DNA of 64,000 nucleotides from Phyllobates terribilis (Eukaryota). The notes under the pieces were generated by a model. The model ran no database searches, was not told the origin of the DNA, and saw nothing but the letters and a program-made list of their open reading frames with translations. Location: NCBI RefSeq assembly GCF_046119375.1, contig NW_027362769.1, forward strand, positions 360,344,001 through 360,408,000, in the 5' to 3' direction. Shown here piece by piece: positions 38,255 through 51,800 of this stretch (the stretch's first letter is position 1; each line of letters begins with the position of its first letter). Both the position numbers and the translations under genes were made by a program.

Positions 38255-39822
38255 CCTGTAAGCCACTGTACCGGTACGGGTCACATGCGCGCTGTCACGT
38301 GCACTTACGTCACGCAGGTCCTACTGCGTTGATACACGGCGCATACTCCAGGTCCTTCCCGCCCTCCACAGACCGCCGACGGAGGACACGCAGCGCAAGG
38401 GAGAACAGCTGGTCACCGGCCGGGACCCTGTCTCACTCCCTGCGCGACCCATCTCTATGCCCCACTACTCTTCTACCCCCCGCTGCCAGTTGTGACTCTG
38501 AGAGCACAGTGGGATGCCAATGAGTCCCTGTTAGCAGAACCATCCCTGGCAGACTACTAACAGTAAGTACTGAGCTCTGCTCCCACGGTGACATTCAGCA
38601 TCTAAGACTGCACTGCAGTGTGCACATGCTGCACACACACTAGACTGCCCATCTCCCCTGATTGCAACTACCACCACGAATAAGCTCAAGAGGTTTAAGC
38701 AGATCCTCAGTACCCTAACATAGAGCACAGATACTGCTTCCCCACTGCTACTGATACTACCAGTGAGTCCAAGGAACAAGCACACTTTCAGTGCTCTAAC
38801 CCAACAGGTAACATTCTAATCATTTTACCTTCACTATACAGGTCTCCCCCCTCCCCCTACTTAATAGAATCCATAGATATACCTATATTAACATTTATCC
38901 TTCAAAGCTCTTTTGGATACGCATACAGCTGTCCATCACCCAGCCTCAGATAACTGGCTTTAAGACCGTAGTCACCAGCCCAGGCTACCTTGGAACCTAT
39001 ACAGCACCTCGTACAGGTAATACGCATATCTTCTCACCTGTGCCACTCAGACCCGCTGTACTGTACCACAGGTATAACAAAACCCTTCTACTATCCGCCA
39101 ACAGTAGCAAGCAGCTTCAAGCACTGCGATTAACAACAGCTGTCCATCACCCAGAACCGGACAACAATCAAGACCGCAGACACCATCTAGTGCAATCCTG
39201 CTACTTACACAGAACCCCCCTCCTTTACAGGTAAAAAACTGCATCCCCTTATATGTGCCATTCAGACCCTATACCAAGCGTTATTGGCTTAACTAATATT
39301 ACTCTATTTTCATTAGTAGCACTCTCTAATCCCGCTGCCTAAATATCTACAAACGATCATCAGCCCAAGCACAAGCCATCAACACCTGGAAATCTACCTA
39401 GACCGACAACAGGTAAATCACTTCTTACACCGGTGAGAGCAGCCACTCTAAGTATACGGGGAACAATCCGGTCACTAAAACCCCACCCCCCCTTTTTTTC
39501 CCCTTCTATTTCTCCTTTTTACACATAGGAAATATCCAGACTACTATCCTTCTAAAAACTGGCCTAGAAACCCACGAGACTACCACTACCAGGAACCTCC
39601 AAAAAGCCTCCACCCCAAAAGACCCACCAGCTATCTCTATCTAATATTTTATCATTTTTTAACCTTCATTATGATTTAACGTCATTTTTATGCGAGATTT
39701 ACTATTTAAAATAAAAACTCTTTTATCATCCTCTCTTATTGTCCACATTTTTGTCCCCAACAACCTTCCCCCTTCAAGTATACGGCCTAAACCTTACCAG
39801 CGCAGGATATTTTAACTATTTC

Positions 39823-42800
39823 TACAGTATATAGAGCAGCCTGTACAGTATATAGAGCTGCCTGTACAGTATATAGAGCAGTGTGTACAGTATATAGAGC
39901 AGCCTGTACATTATATAGAGCAGTGTGTACAGTATATAGAGCAGTGTGTACAGTATATAGAGCAGCCTGTACAGTTTATAGAGCAGTGTGTACAGTATAT
40001 AGAGCAGCCTGTACATTATATAGAGCAGTGTGTACAGTATATAGAGCAGCCTGTACAGTATATAGAGCAGTGTGTACAGTATATAGAGCTGCCTGTACAG
40101 TATATAGATCAGCCTGTAAAGTATATAGAGCGGTGTGTATAGTATATAGAGCAGCCTGTACAGTATATAGAGCAGTGTGTATAGTATATAGAGCAGCCTG
40201 TACAGTATATAGAGCAGCCTGTACAGTATATAGAGCAGTGTGTACAGTATATAGAGCAGCATGTACAGTATATAGAGCAGCCTGTACAGTATATAGAGCA
40301 GTGTGTACAGTATATAGAGCAGCCTGTACAGTATATAGAGCAGTGTGTACAGTATATAGAGCAGTGTCTATAGTATATAGAGCAGCCTGTACAGTATATA
40401 GAGCAGTGTGTACAGTATATAGAGCAGTGTCTATAGTATATAGAGCAGCCTGTACAGTATATAGAGCAGTGTGTACAGTATATAAAGCAGTGTCTATAGT
40501 ATATAGAGCAGCCTGTACAGTATATAGAGCAGCGTGTGCAGTATATAGAGCAGCCTGTACAGTATATAGAGCAGTGTGTATAGTATATAGAGCAGCCTGT
40601 ACAGTATATAGAGCAGCCTGTACAGTATATAGAGCAGCATGTACAGTATATAGAGCAGCCTGTACAGTATATAGAGCAGTGTGTACAGTATATAGAGCAG
40701 TGACTATAGTATATAGAGCAGCCTGAACAGTATATAGAGCAGTGTGTACAGTATATAGAGCAGTGTCTATAGTATATAGAGCAGCCTGTACAGTATATAG
40801 AGCAGTGTGTACAGTATATAGAGCAGTGTCTATAGTATATAGAGCAGCCTGTACAGTATATAGAGCAGCGTGTGCAGTATATAGAGCAATGTGTACAGTA
40901 TATAGAGCAATGTGTACAGTATATAGAGCTGCCTGTACAGTATATAGAGCAGCGTGTACAGTATATAGAGCAGCCTATACAGTATATAGAGCAGTGTGTA
41001 CAGTATATAGAGCAGCCTGTACAGTATATAGAGCAGCGTGTACAGTATATAGAGCAGCCTGTACAGTATATAGAGAAGTGTGTACAGTATATACAGCAGT
41101 CTGTATAGTATATAGAGCTGTCTGTACAGTATATAGAGCAGCCTGTACAGTATATAGAGCAGGGTGTACAGTATATAGAGCAGAGTGTACAGTATAAAGA
41201 GCAACCTGTACAGTATATAGAGCAACCTGTACAGTATATAGAGCTGCCTGTACAGTATATAGAGCAGTGTGTACAGTATATAGAGCAGCCTGTACAGTAT
41301 ATAGAGCTGCCTGTACAGTATATAGAGCAGTGTGTACAGTATATAGAGCAGTGTGTACAGTATATAGTGCAGCCTGTACAGTATATAGAGCAGTGTTATA
41401 GTATATAGAGCTGCCTGTACAGTATATAGAGCAGTGTGTATAGTATATAGAGCAGTCTGTACAGTATATAGAGCTGCCTGTACAGTATATAGAGCAGTGT
41501 GTACAGTACATAGAGCAGCCTGTACAGTATATAGAGCTGCCTGTACAGTATATAGAGCAGTGTGTACAGTATATAGAGCTGCCTGTACAGTATATAGAGC
41601 AGTGTGTACAGTATATAGAGCTGCCTGTACAGTATATAGAGCAGTGTGTACAGTATATAGAGCTGCCTGTGCAGTATATAGAGCAGGGTGTACAGTATAT
41701 AGAACAGTGTGTACAGTATATAGAGCAGTGTGTACAGTATATTGAGCTGCCTGTACAGTATATAGAGCAAGGTGTACAGTATATAGAGCAGCCTGTACAG
41801 TATATAGAGCAGTGTGTACAGTATATAGAGAAGCCTGTACAGTATATAGAGCAGGGTGTACAGTATATAGACCTGCCTGTACAGTATATAGAGCAGGGTG
41901 TACAGTATATAGAGCACTGTGTACAGTATATAGAGCAGTGTGTACAGTATATAGAGCTGCCTGTACAGTATATAGAGCAGGGTGTACAGTATATAGAGCA
42001 GCCTGTACAGTATATAGAGCAGTGTGTACAGTATATAGAGCAGCCTGTACAGTATATAGAGCAGTGTGTACATTAAATAGAGCAGTGTGTACAGTATATA
42101 GAGCAGCCTGTACAGTATATAGAGCAGTGTGTGTAGTATATAGAGCAGCCTGTACAGTATATAGAGCTGCCTTTACAGTATATAGAGCAGTGTGTACAGT
42201 ATATAGAGCAGTGTGTACAGTATATAGAGCTGCCTGTACAGTATATAGAGCAGTGTGTACAGTATATAGAGCAGCCTGTACAGTATATAGAGCTGTGTGT
42301 ACAGTATATAGAACTGCCTGTACAGTATATAGAGCAGTGTGTACATTATATAGAGCAGCCTGTACAGTATATAGAGTTGCCTGTACAGTATATAGAGCAG
42401 CCTGTACATTATATAGAGCAGTGTGTACAGTATATAGAGCAGTGTGTACAGTATATAGAGCAGCCTGTACAGTATATAGAGCAGTGTGTATAGTATATAG
42501 AGCAGCCTGTACAGTATATAGAGCTGCCTGTACAGTATATAGAGCAATGTGTACAGTATATAGAGCAGCCTGTACAGTATATAGAGCTGCCTGTACAGTA
42601 TATAGAGCAGCCTGTACATTATATAGAGCAGTGTGTACAGTATATAGAGCAGTGTGTACAGTATATAGAGCAGCCTGTACAGTATATAGAGCAGTGTGTG
42701 CAGTATATAGAGCTGCCTGTACAGTATAAAGAGCAGTGTGTACAGTATATAGAGCAGTGTGTACAGTATATAGAGCAGTGTGTACAGTATATAGAGCTGC

Positions 42801-45800
42801 CTGTACATTATATAGAGCAGCCTGTACAGTATATAGAGCTGCCTGTACAGTATATAGAGCTGCCTGTACAGTATATAGAGCAGTGTGTACAGTATATAGA
42901 GCTGCCTGTACAGTATATAGAGCAGTGTGTACAGTATATAGAGCTGCCTGTACAGTATATAGAGCAGTGTGTACAGTGTATAGACCTGCCTGTACAGTAT
43001 ATAGAGCAAGGTGTACAGTATATAGAACAGTGTGTACAGTATATAGAGCAGTGTGTACAGTATATAGAGCTGCCTGTACAGTATATAGAGCAGGGTGTAC
43101 AGTATATAGAGCAGCCTGTACAGTATATAGAGCAGTGTGTACAGTATATAGAGCTGACTGTACAGTATATAGAGCAGTGTGTACAGTATATAGACCTGCC
43201 TGTACAGTATATAGAGCAGTGTGTACAGTATATAGAGCAGCCTGTACAGTATATAGAGCAGTGTGTACAGTATATAGAGCTGCCTGTACAGTATATAGAG
43301 CAGTGTGTACAGTATATAGAGCAGTGTGTACATTATATAGAGCTGCCTGTACAGTATATAGAGCAGTGTGTACAGTATATAGAACAGTGTGTACAGTATA
43401 TAGAGCAGTGTGTACAGTATATAGAGCTGCCTGTACAGTATATAGAGCAGGGTGTACAGTATATAGAGCAGCCTGTACAGTATATAGAGCAGTGTGTACA
43501 GTATATAGAGCTGCCTGTACAGTATATAGAGCAGTGTGTACAGTATATAGACCTGCTTGTACAGTATGTAGAGCAGGGTGTACAGTATATAGAGCAGTGT
43601 GTACAGTATATACAGCAGCCTGTACAGTATATAGAGCAGTGTGTACAGTATATAGAGCTGCCTGTACAGTATATAGAGCAGTGTGTACAGTTTATAGAGC
43701 AGCGTGTACAGTATATAGAGCAGTGTGTACAGTATATAGAGCAGTGTGTATAGTATATAGAGCTGCCTGTTCAGTATATAGAGCAGTGTGTACAGTATAT
43801 AGAGCAGCCTGTACAGTATATAGAGCAGTGTGTACAGTGTATTGAGCAGTGTGTATAGTATATTGAGCTGCCTGTACAGTATATAGAGCAGTGTGTACAG
43901 TATATAGAGCAGTATATACAGTGTATAGAGCAGTGTGTACAGTATATAGAGCAGTGTGTACAGTATAAAGAGCTGCCTGTACAGTATATAGAGCAGCGTG
44001 TACAGTATATAGAGAAGCCTGTACAGTATATAGAGCAGTGTGTACAGTATATAGAGCAGTCTGTACTGTGTATAGAGCAGTGTGTACAGTATATAGAGCA
44101 GCGTGTACAGTATATAGAGCAGTGTGTACAGTATATAGAGCAGTGTGTATAGTATATAGAGCTGCCTGTACAGTATATAGAGCAGTGTGTACAGTATATA
44201 GAGCAGTGTGTACAGTATATAGAGCAGTATATACAGTGTATAGTGCAGTGTGTACAGTATATAGAGCTGCCTGTACAGTATATAGAGCAGTGTGTACAGT
44301 ATATAGAGCAGGGTGTACAGTATATAGAGCAGCCTGTACAGTATATACAGCAGCGTGTACAGTATATAGAGCTGCCTGTACAGTATATAGAGCAGTGTGT
44401 ATAGTATATAGAGCTGCCTGTACAGTATATAGAGCAGCCTGTAGAGTATATAGAGCAGGGTGTACAGTATATAGAGCAGTGTGTACAGTATATAGAGCAG
44501 CCTATACACTATATAGAGCAGTGTGTACAGTATATAGAGTAGTGTGTACAGTATATAGAGCAGCCTGTACAGTATATAGAGCAGGGTGTACAGTATATAG
44601 AGCAGCCTGTACAGTATATAGAGCAGTGTGTACAGTATATAGAACAGTGTGTATAGTATATAGAGCTGCCTGTACAGTATATAGAGCAGTGTGTACAGTA
44701 AATAGAGCAGTGTGTACAGTATATTGAGCTGCCTGTACAGTATATAGAGCAGTGTGTACAGTATATAGAGCAGTATACACAGTGTATAGAGCACTGTGTA
44801 CAGTATATAGAGCAGTGTGTACAGTATAAAGAGCTGCCTGTACAGTATATAGAGCAGTGTGTATAGTATATAGAGCAGCCTGTACAGTATATAGAGCAGC
44901 CTGTACAGGATATAGAGCAGTGTGTACAGTATATAGAGCAGCCTGTACAGTATACGGAGCAGTCTGTACTGTATATAGAGCAGTGTGTACAGTATATAGA
45001 GCAGCGTGTACAGTATATAGAGCCGTGTGTACAGTATATAGAGCAGTGTGTATAGTATATAGAGCTGCCTGTACAGTATATAGAGCAGTGTGTACAGTAT
45101 ATAGAGCAGTATATACAGTGTATAATGCAGTGTGTACAGTATATAGAGCTGCCTGTACAGTATATAGAGCAGTGTGTACAGTATATAGAGCAGCCTGTAC
45201 AGTATATAGAGCAGCTTGTACAGTATATAGAGCAGCCTGTACAGTATATACAGCAGTGTGTACAGTATATAGAGCTGCCTGTACAGTATATAGAGCAGTG
45301 TGTATAGTATATAGAGCTGCCTGTACAGTATATAGAGCAGCCTGTACAGTATATAAAGCAGAGTGTACAGTATATAGAGCAGCCTGTACAGTATATAGAG
45401 CAGTGTGTACAGTATATAGAGCAGCCTGTACAGTATATAGAGCAGTGTGTACAGTATATAGAACAGTGTGTATAGTATATAGAGCTGCCTGTACAGTATA
45501 TAGAGCAGTGTGTACAGTATATAGAGCAGCCTGTACAGTTTATAGAGCAGTGTGTACAGTATATAGAGCAGACTGTACAGTATATAAAGCAGGGTGTACA
45601 GTATATAGAGCAGTGTGTACAGTATATAGAGCAGCCTGTACAGTTTATAGAGCAGCGTGTACAGTATATAGAGCAGTGTATACAGTATATAGAGCAGTGT
45701 GTACAGTATATAGAGCAGCCTGTACAGTATACAGAGCAGTGTACAGTATATAGAGCAGCCTGTACAGTATATAGAGCAGTGTGTACAGTATATAGAGCAG

Positions 45801-48800
45801 CGTGTACAGTATATAGAGCAGTGTGTATAGTATATAGAGCAGCCTGTACAGTATATAGAAGAGTGTGTACAGTATATAGAGCAGTGTGTATATTATATAG
45901 AGCTGCCTGTACAGTATATAGAGCAGTCTGTACAGTATATAGAGCAGTGTGTACAGTATATAGAGCAGCCTGTACAGTATATAGAGCAGTGTGTACAGTA
46001 TATAGAGATGCCTGTACAGTACATAGGGCAGTGTGTGCAGTATATAGAGCAGCCTGTACAGTATATAGAGCAGCCTGTACAGTATATAGAGCAGTGTGTT
46101 TAGTATATAGAGCTGCCTCTACAGTATATAGAGCAGTGTGTACAGTATATAGAGCAGGGTGTACAGTATATAGAGCTGCCTGTACAGTATACAGAACAGT
46201 GTACAGCATATAGAGCAGCCTGTACAGTATATAGAGCAGTGTGTACAGTATATAGAGCAGCGTGTACAGTATATAGAGCAGTGTGTATAGTATATAGAGC
46301 AGCCTGTACAGTATATAGAGCAGTGTTTTTTAGTATAGAGAGCAGCGTGTGCAGTATATAGAGCAGGGTGTACAGTATATAGAGCAGCGTGTACAGTATA
46401 TAGAGCAGTGTGTACAGTATATCGAGCAGTGTGTATAGTATATAGAGCTGCCTGTACAGTATATAGAGCTGCCTGTACAGTATATAGAGCAGTGTGTACA
46501 GTATATAGAGCAGCCTGTACAGTATATAGAGCTGCCTGTACAGTATATAGAGCAGTGTGTACAGTGTATAGAGCAGCGTGTACAGTATACAGAGCTGCCT
46601 GTACAGTATATAGAGCAGTGTGTACAGTATATAGAGCAGTATATACAGTGTATAGAGCAGTGTGTACAGTATATAGAGCAGCGTGTACAGTATATAGAGC
46701 AGCCTGTACAGTATATAGATCAGCATGTACAGTATATAGAGCAGCCTGTACAGTATATAGAGCAGTGTGTACAGTATATAGAGCAGTGACTATAGTATAT
46801 AGAGCAGCCTGTACAGTATATAGAGCAGTGTGTACAGTATATAGAGCAGCGTCTATAGTATATAGAGCAGCCTGTACAGTATATAGAGCAGTGTGTACAG
46901 TATATAGAGCAGTGTCTATAGTATATAGAGCAGCCTGTACAGTATATAGAGCAGCGTGTGCAGTATATAGAGCAATGTGTACAGTATATAGAGCAATGTG
47001 TACAGTATATAGAGCTGCCTGTACAGTATATAGAGCAGCGTGTACAGTATATAGAGCAGCCTATACAGTATATAGAGCAGTGTGTACAGTATATAGAGCA
47101 GCCTGTACAGTATATAGAGCAGCGTGTACAGTATATAGAGCAGCCTGTACAGTATATAGAGAAGTGTGTACAGTATATACAGCAGTCTGTATAGTATATA
47201 GATCTGTCTGTACAGTATATAGAGCAGCCTGTACAGTATATAGAGCAGGGTGTACAGTATATAGAGCAGAGTGTACAGTATAAAGAGCAACCTGTACAGT
47301 ATATAGAGCAACCTGTACAGTATATAGAGCAGCCTGTACAGTATATAGAGCAGGGTGTACAGTATATAGAGCAGAGTGTACAGTATAAAGAGCAACCTGT
47401 ACAGTATATAGAGCAACCTGTACAGTATATAGAGCAGCCTGTACAGTATATAGAGCTGCCTGTACAGTATATAGAGCAGCCTGTACATTTTATAGAGCAG
47501 TGTGTACAGTATATAGAGCAGTGTGTACAGTATATAGAGCAGTGTTATAGTATATAGAGCTGCCTGTACAGTATATAGAGCAGTGTGTATAGTATATAGA
47601 GCAGCCTGTACAGTTTATAGAGCTGCCTGTACAGTATATAGAGCAGTGTGTACAGTACATAGAGCAGCCTGTACAGTATATAGAGCTGCCTGTACAGTAT
47701 ATAGAGCAGTGTGTACAGTATATAGAGCTGCCTGTACAGTATATAGAGCAGTGTGTACAGTATATAGAGCTGCCTGTACAGTATATAGAGCAGTGTGTAC
47801 AGTATATAGAGCTGCCTGTGCAGTATATAGAGCAGGGTGTACAGTATATAGAACAGTGTGTACAGTATATAGAGCAGTGTGTACAGTATATAGAGCTGCC
47901 TGTACAGTATATAGAGCAAGGTGTGCAGTATATAGAGCAGCCTGTACAGTATATAGAGCAGTGTGTACAGTATATAGAGAAGCCTGTACAGTATATAGAG
48001 CAGGGTGTACAGTATATAGACCTGCCTGTACAGTATATAGAGCAGTGTGTACAGTATATAGAGCACTGTGTAAAGTATATAGAGCAGTGTGTACAGTATA
48101 TAGAGCTGCCTGTACAGTATATAGAGCAGGGTGTACAGTATATAGAGCAGCCTGTACAGTATATAGAGCAGTGTGTACAGTATATAGAGCAGCCTGTACA
48201 GTATATAGAGCTGCCTGTACAGTATATAGAGCAGTGTGTACAGTATATAGACCTGCCTGTACAGTATATAGAGCAGGGTGTACAGTATATAGAGCAGTGT
48301 GTACAGTATATAGAGCAGACTGTACAGTATATAGAGCAGTGTGTATAGTATATAGAGCAGCCTGTACAGTATATAGAGCAGTGTGTACAGTATAAAGAGC
48401 AGCCTGTACAGTATATAGAGCTGCCTGTACAGTATATAGAGCAGTGTTTACAGTATATAGAGCAGCCTGTACAGTATATAGAGCTGCCTGTACAGTATAT
48501 AGAGCAGCCAGTACAGTATATAGAGCAGTGTGTACATTAAATAGAGCAGTGTGTACAGTATATAGAGCAGCCTGTACAGTATATAGAGCAGTGTGTATAG
48601 TATATAGAGCAGCCTGTACAGTATATAGAGCTGCCTTTACAATATATAGAGCAGTGTGTACAGTATATAGAGCTGCCTGTACAGTATATAGAGCAGTGTA
48701 TACAGTATATAGAGCAGCCTGTACAGTATATAGAGCTGTGTGTACAGTATATAGAGCTGCCTGTACAGTATATAGAGCAGTGTGTACAGTATATAGAGCA

Positions 48801-51800
48801 GCCTGTACAGTATATAGAGTTGCCTGTACAGTATATAGAGCAGCCTGTACATTATATAGAGCAGTGTGTACAGTATATAGAGCAGTGTGTACAGTATATA
48901 GAGCAGCCTGTACAGTATATAGAGCAGTGTGTATAGTATATAGAGCAGCCTGTACAGTATATAGAGCTGCCTGTACAGTATATAGAGCAATGTGTACAGT
49001 ATATAGAGCAGCCTGTACAGTATATAGAGCTGCCTGTACAGTATATAGAGCAGCCTGTACATTATATAGAGCAGTGTGTACAGTATATAGAGCAGTGTGT
49101 ACAGTATATAGAGCAGCCTGTACAGTATATAGAGCAGTGTGTATAGTATATAGAGCTGCCTGTACAGTATAAAGAGCAGTGTGTACAGTATATAGAGCAG
49201 TGTGTACAGTATATAGAGCTGCCTGTACAGTATATAGAGCAGTGTGTACAGTATATAGAGCAGCCTGTACAGTATATAGAGCTGCCTGTACAGTATATAG
49301 AGCAGTGTGTACAGTATATAGAGCTGCCTGTACAGTATATAGAGCAGTGTGTACAGTGTATAGACCTGCCTGTACAGTATATAGAGCAGTGTGTACAGTA
49401 TATAGACCTGCCTGTACAGTATATAGAGCAGGTGTACAGTATATAGAACAGTGTGTACAGTATATAGAGCAGTGTGTACAGTATATAGAGCTGCCTGTAC
49501 AGTATATAGAGCAGGGTGTACAGTATATAGAGCAGCCTGTACAGTATATAGAGCAGTGTGTACAGTATATAGAGCTGCCTGTACAGTATATAGAGCAGTG
49601 TGTACAGTATATAGACCTGCCTGTACAGTATATAGAGCAGTGTGTACAGTATATAGAGCAGCCTGTACAGTATATAGAGCAGTGTGTACAGTATATAGAG
49701 CTGCCTGTACAGTATATAGAGCAGTGTGTACAGTATATAGAGCAGTGTGTACATTATATAGAGCTGCCTGTACAGTATATAGAGCAGTGTGTACAGTATA
49801 TAGACCTGCCTGTACAGTATATAGAGCAAGGTGTACAGTATATAGAACAGTGTGTACAGTATATAGAGCAGTGTGTACAGTATATAGAGCTGCCTGTACA
49901 GTATATAGAGCAGGGTGTACAGTATATAGAGCAGCCTGTACAGTATATAGAGCAGTGTGTACAGTATATAGAGCTGCCTGTACAGTATATAGAGCAGTGT
50001 GTACAGTATATAGACCTGCTTGTACAGTATATAGAGCAGGGTGTACAGTATATAGAGCAGTGTGTACAGTATATACAGCAGCCTGCACAGTATATAGAGC
50101 AGTGTGTACAGTATATAGAGCTGCCTGTACAGTATATAGAGCAGTGTGTACAGTTTATAGAGCAGCGTGTGCAGTATATAGAGCAGTGTGTACAGTATAT
50201 AGAGCAGTGTGTGCAGCATATAGAGCAGTGTGTACAGTATATAGAGCAGTGTGTATAGTATATAGAGCTGCCTGTACAGTATATAGAGCAGTGTGTACAG
50301 TATATAGAGCAGCCTGTACAGTATATAGAGCAGTGTGTACAGTGTATTGAGCAGTGTGTATAGTATATTGAGCTGCCTGTACAGTATATAGAGCAGTGTG
50401 TACACTATATAGAGCAGTATATACAGTGTATAGAGCAGTGTGTACAGTATATAGAGCAGTGTGTACAGTATAAAGAGCTGCCTGTACAGTATATAGAGCA
50501 GCGTGTACAGTATGTAGGGAAGCCTGTACAGTATATAGAGCAGTGTGTACAGTATATAGAGCAGTCTGTACTGTGTATAGAGCAGTGTGTACAGTATATA
50601 GAGCAGCGTGTACAGTATATAGAGCAGTGTGTACAGTATATAGAGCAGTGTGTATAGTATATAGAGCTGCCTGTACAGTATATAGAGCAGTGTGTACAGT
50701 ATATAGAGCAGTGTGTACAGTATATAGAGCAGTATATACAGTGTATAGTGCAGTGTGTACAGTATATAGAGCTGCCTGTACAGTATATAGAGCAGTGTGT
50801 ACAGTATATAGAGCAGGGTGTACAGTATATAGAGCAGCCTGTACAGTATATACAGCAGCGTGTACAGTATATTGAGCTGCCTGTACAGTATATAGAGCAG
50901 TGTGTATAGTATATAGAGCTGCCTGTACAGTATATAGAGCAGCCTGTAGAGTATATAGAGCAGGGTGTACAGTATATAGAGCAGTGTGTACAGTATATAG
51001 AGCAGCCTATACAGTATATAGAGCAGTGTGTACAGTATATAGAGTAGTGTGTACAGTATATAGAGCAGCCTGTACAGTATATAGAGCAGGGTGTACAGTA
51101 TATAGAGCAGCCTGTACAGTATATAGAGCAGTGTGTACAGTATATAGAACAGTGTGTATAGTATATAGAGCTGCCTGTACAGTATATAGAGCAGTGTGTA
51201 CAGTATATAGAGCAGTGTGTACAGTATATTGAGCTGCCTGTACAGTATATAGAGCAGTGTGTACAGTATATAGAACAGTATATACAGTGTATAGAGCAGT
51301 GTGTACAGTATATAGAGCTGCCTGTACAGTATATAGAGCAGTGTGTACAGTATAAAGAGCTGCCTGTACAGTATATAGAGCAGTGTGTATAGTATATAGA
51401 GCAGCCTGTACAGTATATAGAGCAGCCTCTACAGGATATAGAGCAGTGTGTACAGTATATAGAGCAGCCTGTACAGTATATAGAGCAGACTGTACTGTAT
51501 ATGGAGCAGTGTGTACAGTATATAGAGCAGCGTGTACAGTATATAGAGCCGTGTGTACAGTATATAGAGCAGTGTGTATAGTATATAGAGCTGCCTGTAC
51601 AGTATATAGAGCAGTGTGTACAGTATATAGAGCAGTATATACAGTGTATAATGCAGTGTGTACAGTATATAGAGCTGCCTGTACAGTATATAGAGCAGTG
51701 TGTACAGTATATAGAGCAGCCTGTACAGTAAATAGAGCAGGGTGTACAGTATATAGAGCAGCCTGTACAGTATATACAGCAGTGTGTACAGTATATAGAG

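Larger units (their letters stand above)
30196..39822 (+). mobile_element. Penelope-like retroelement (RT + GIY-YIG), inserted in the 21-bp satellite and split by a piggyBac-type element
   Basis: Satellite units on both sides (TACAGTATAT at 30186-30195 and 39823-39832). RT and GIY-YIG coding segments, a hammerhead motif downstream, and A/C-rich strand bias. Confidence 0.88.

Noticed and set aside
30186-39832. TACAGTATAT as a 10-bp TSD of the Penelope element
   Set aside because: The motif occurs in every satellite unit, so a duplication cannot be distinguished from the repeat itself.
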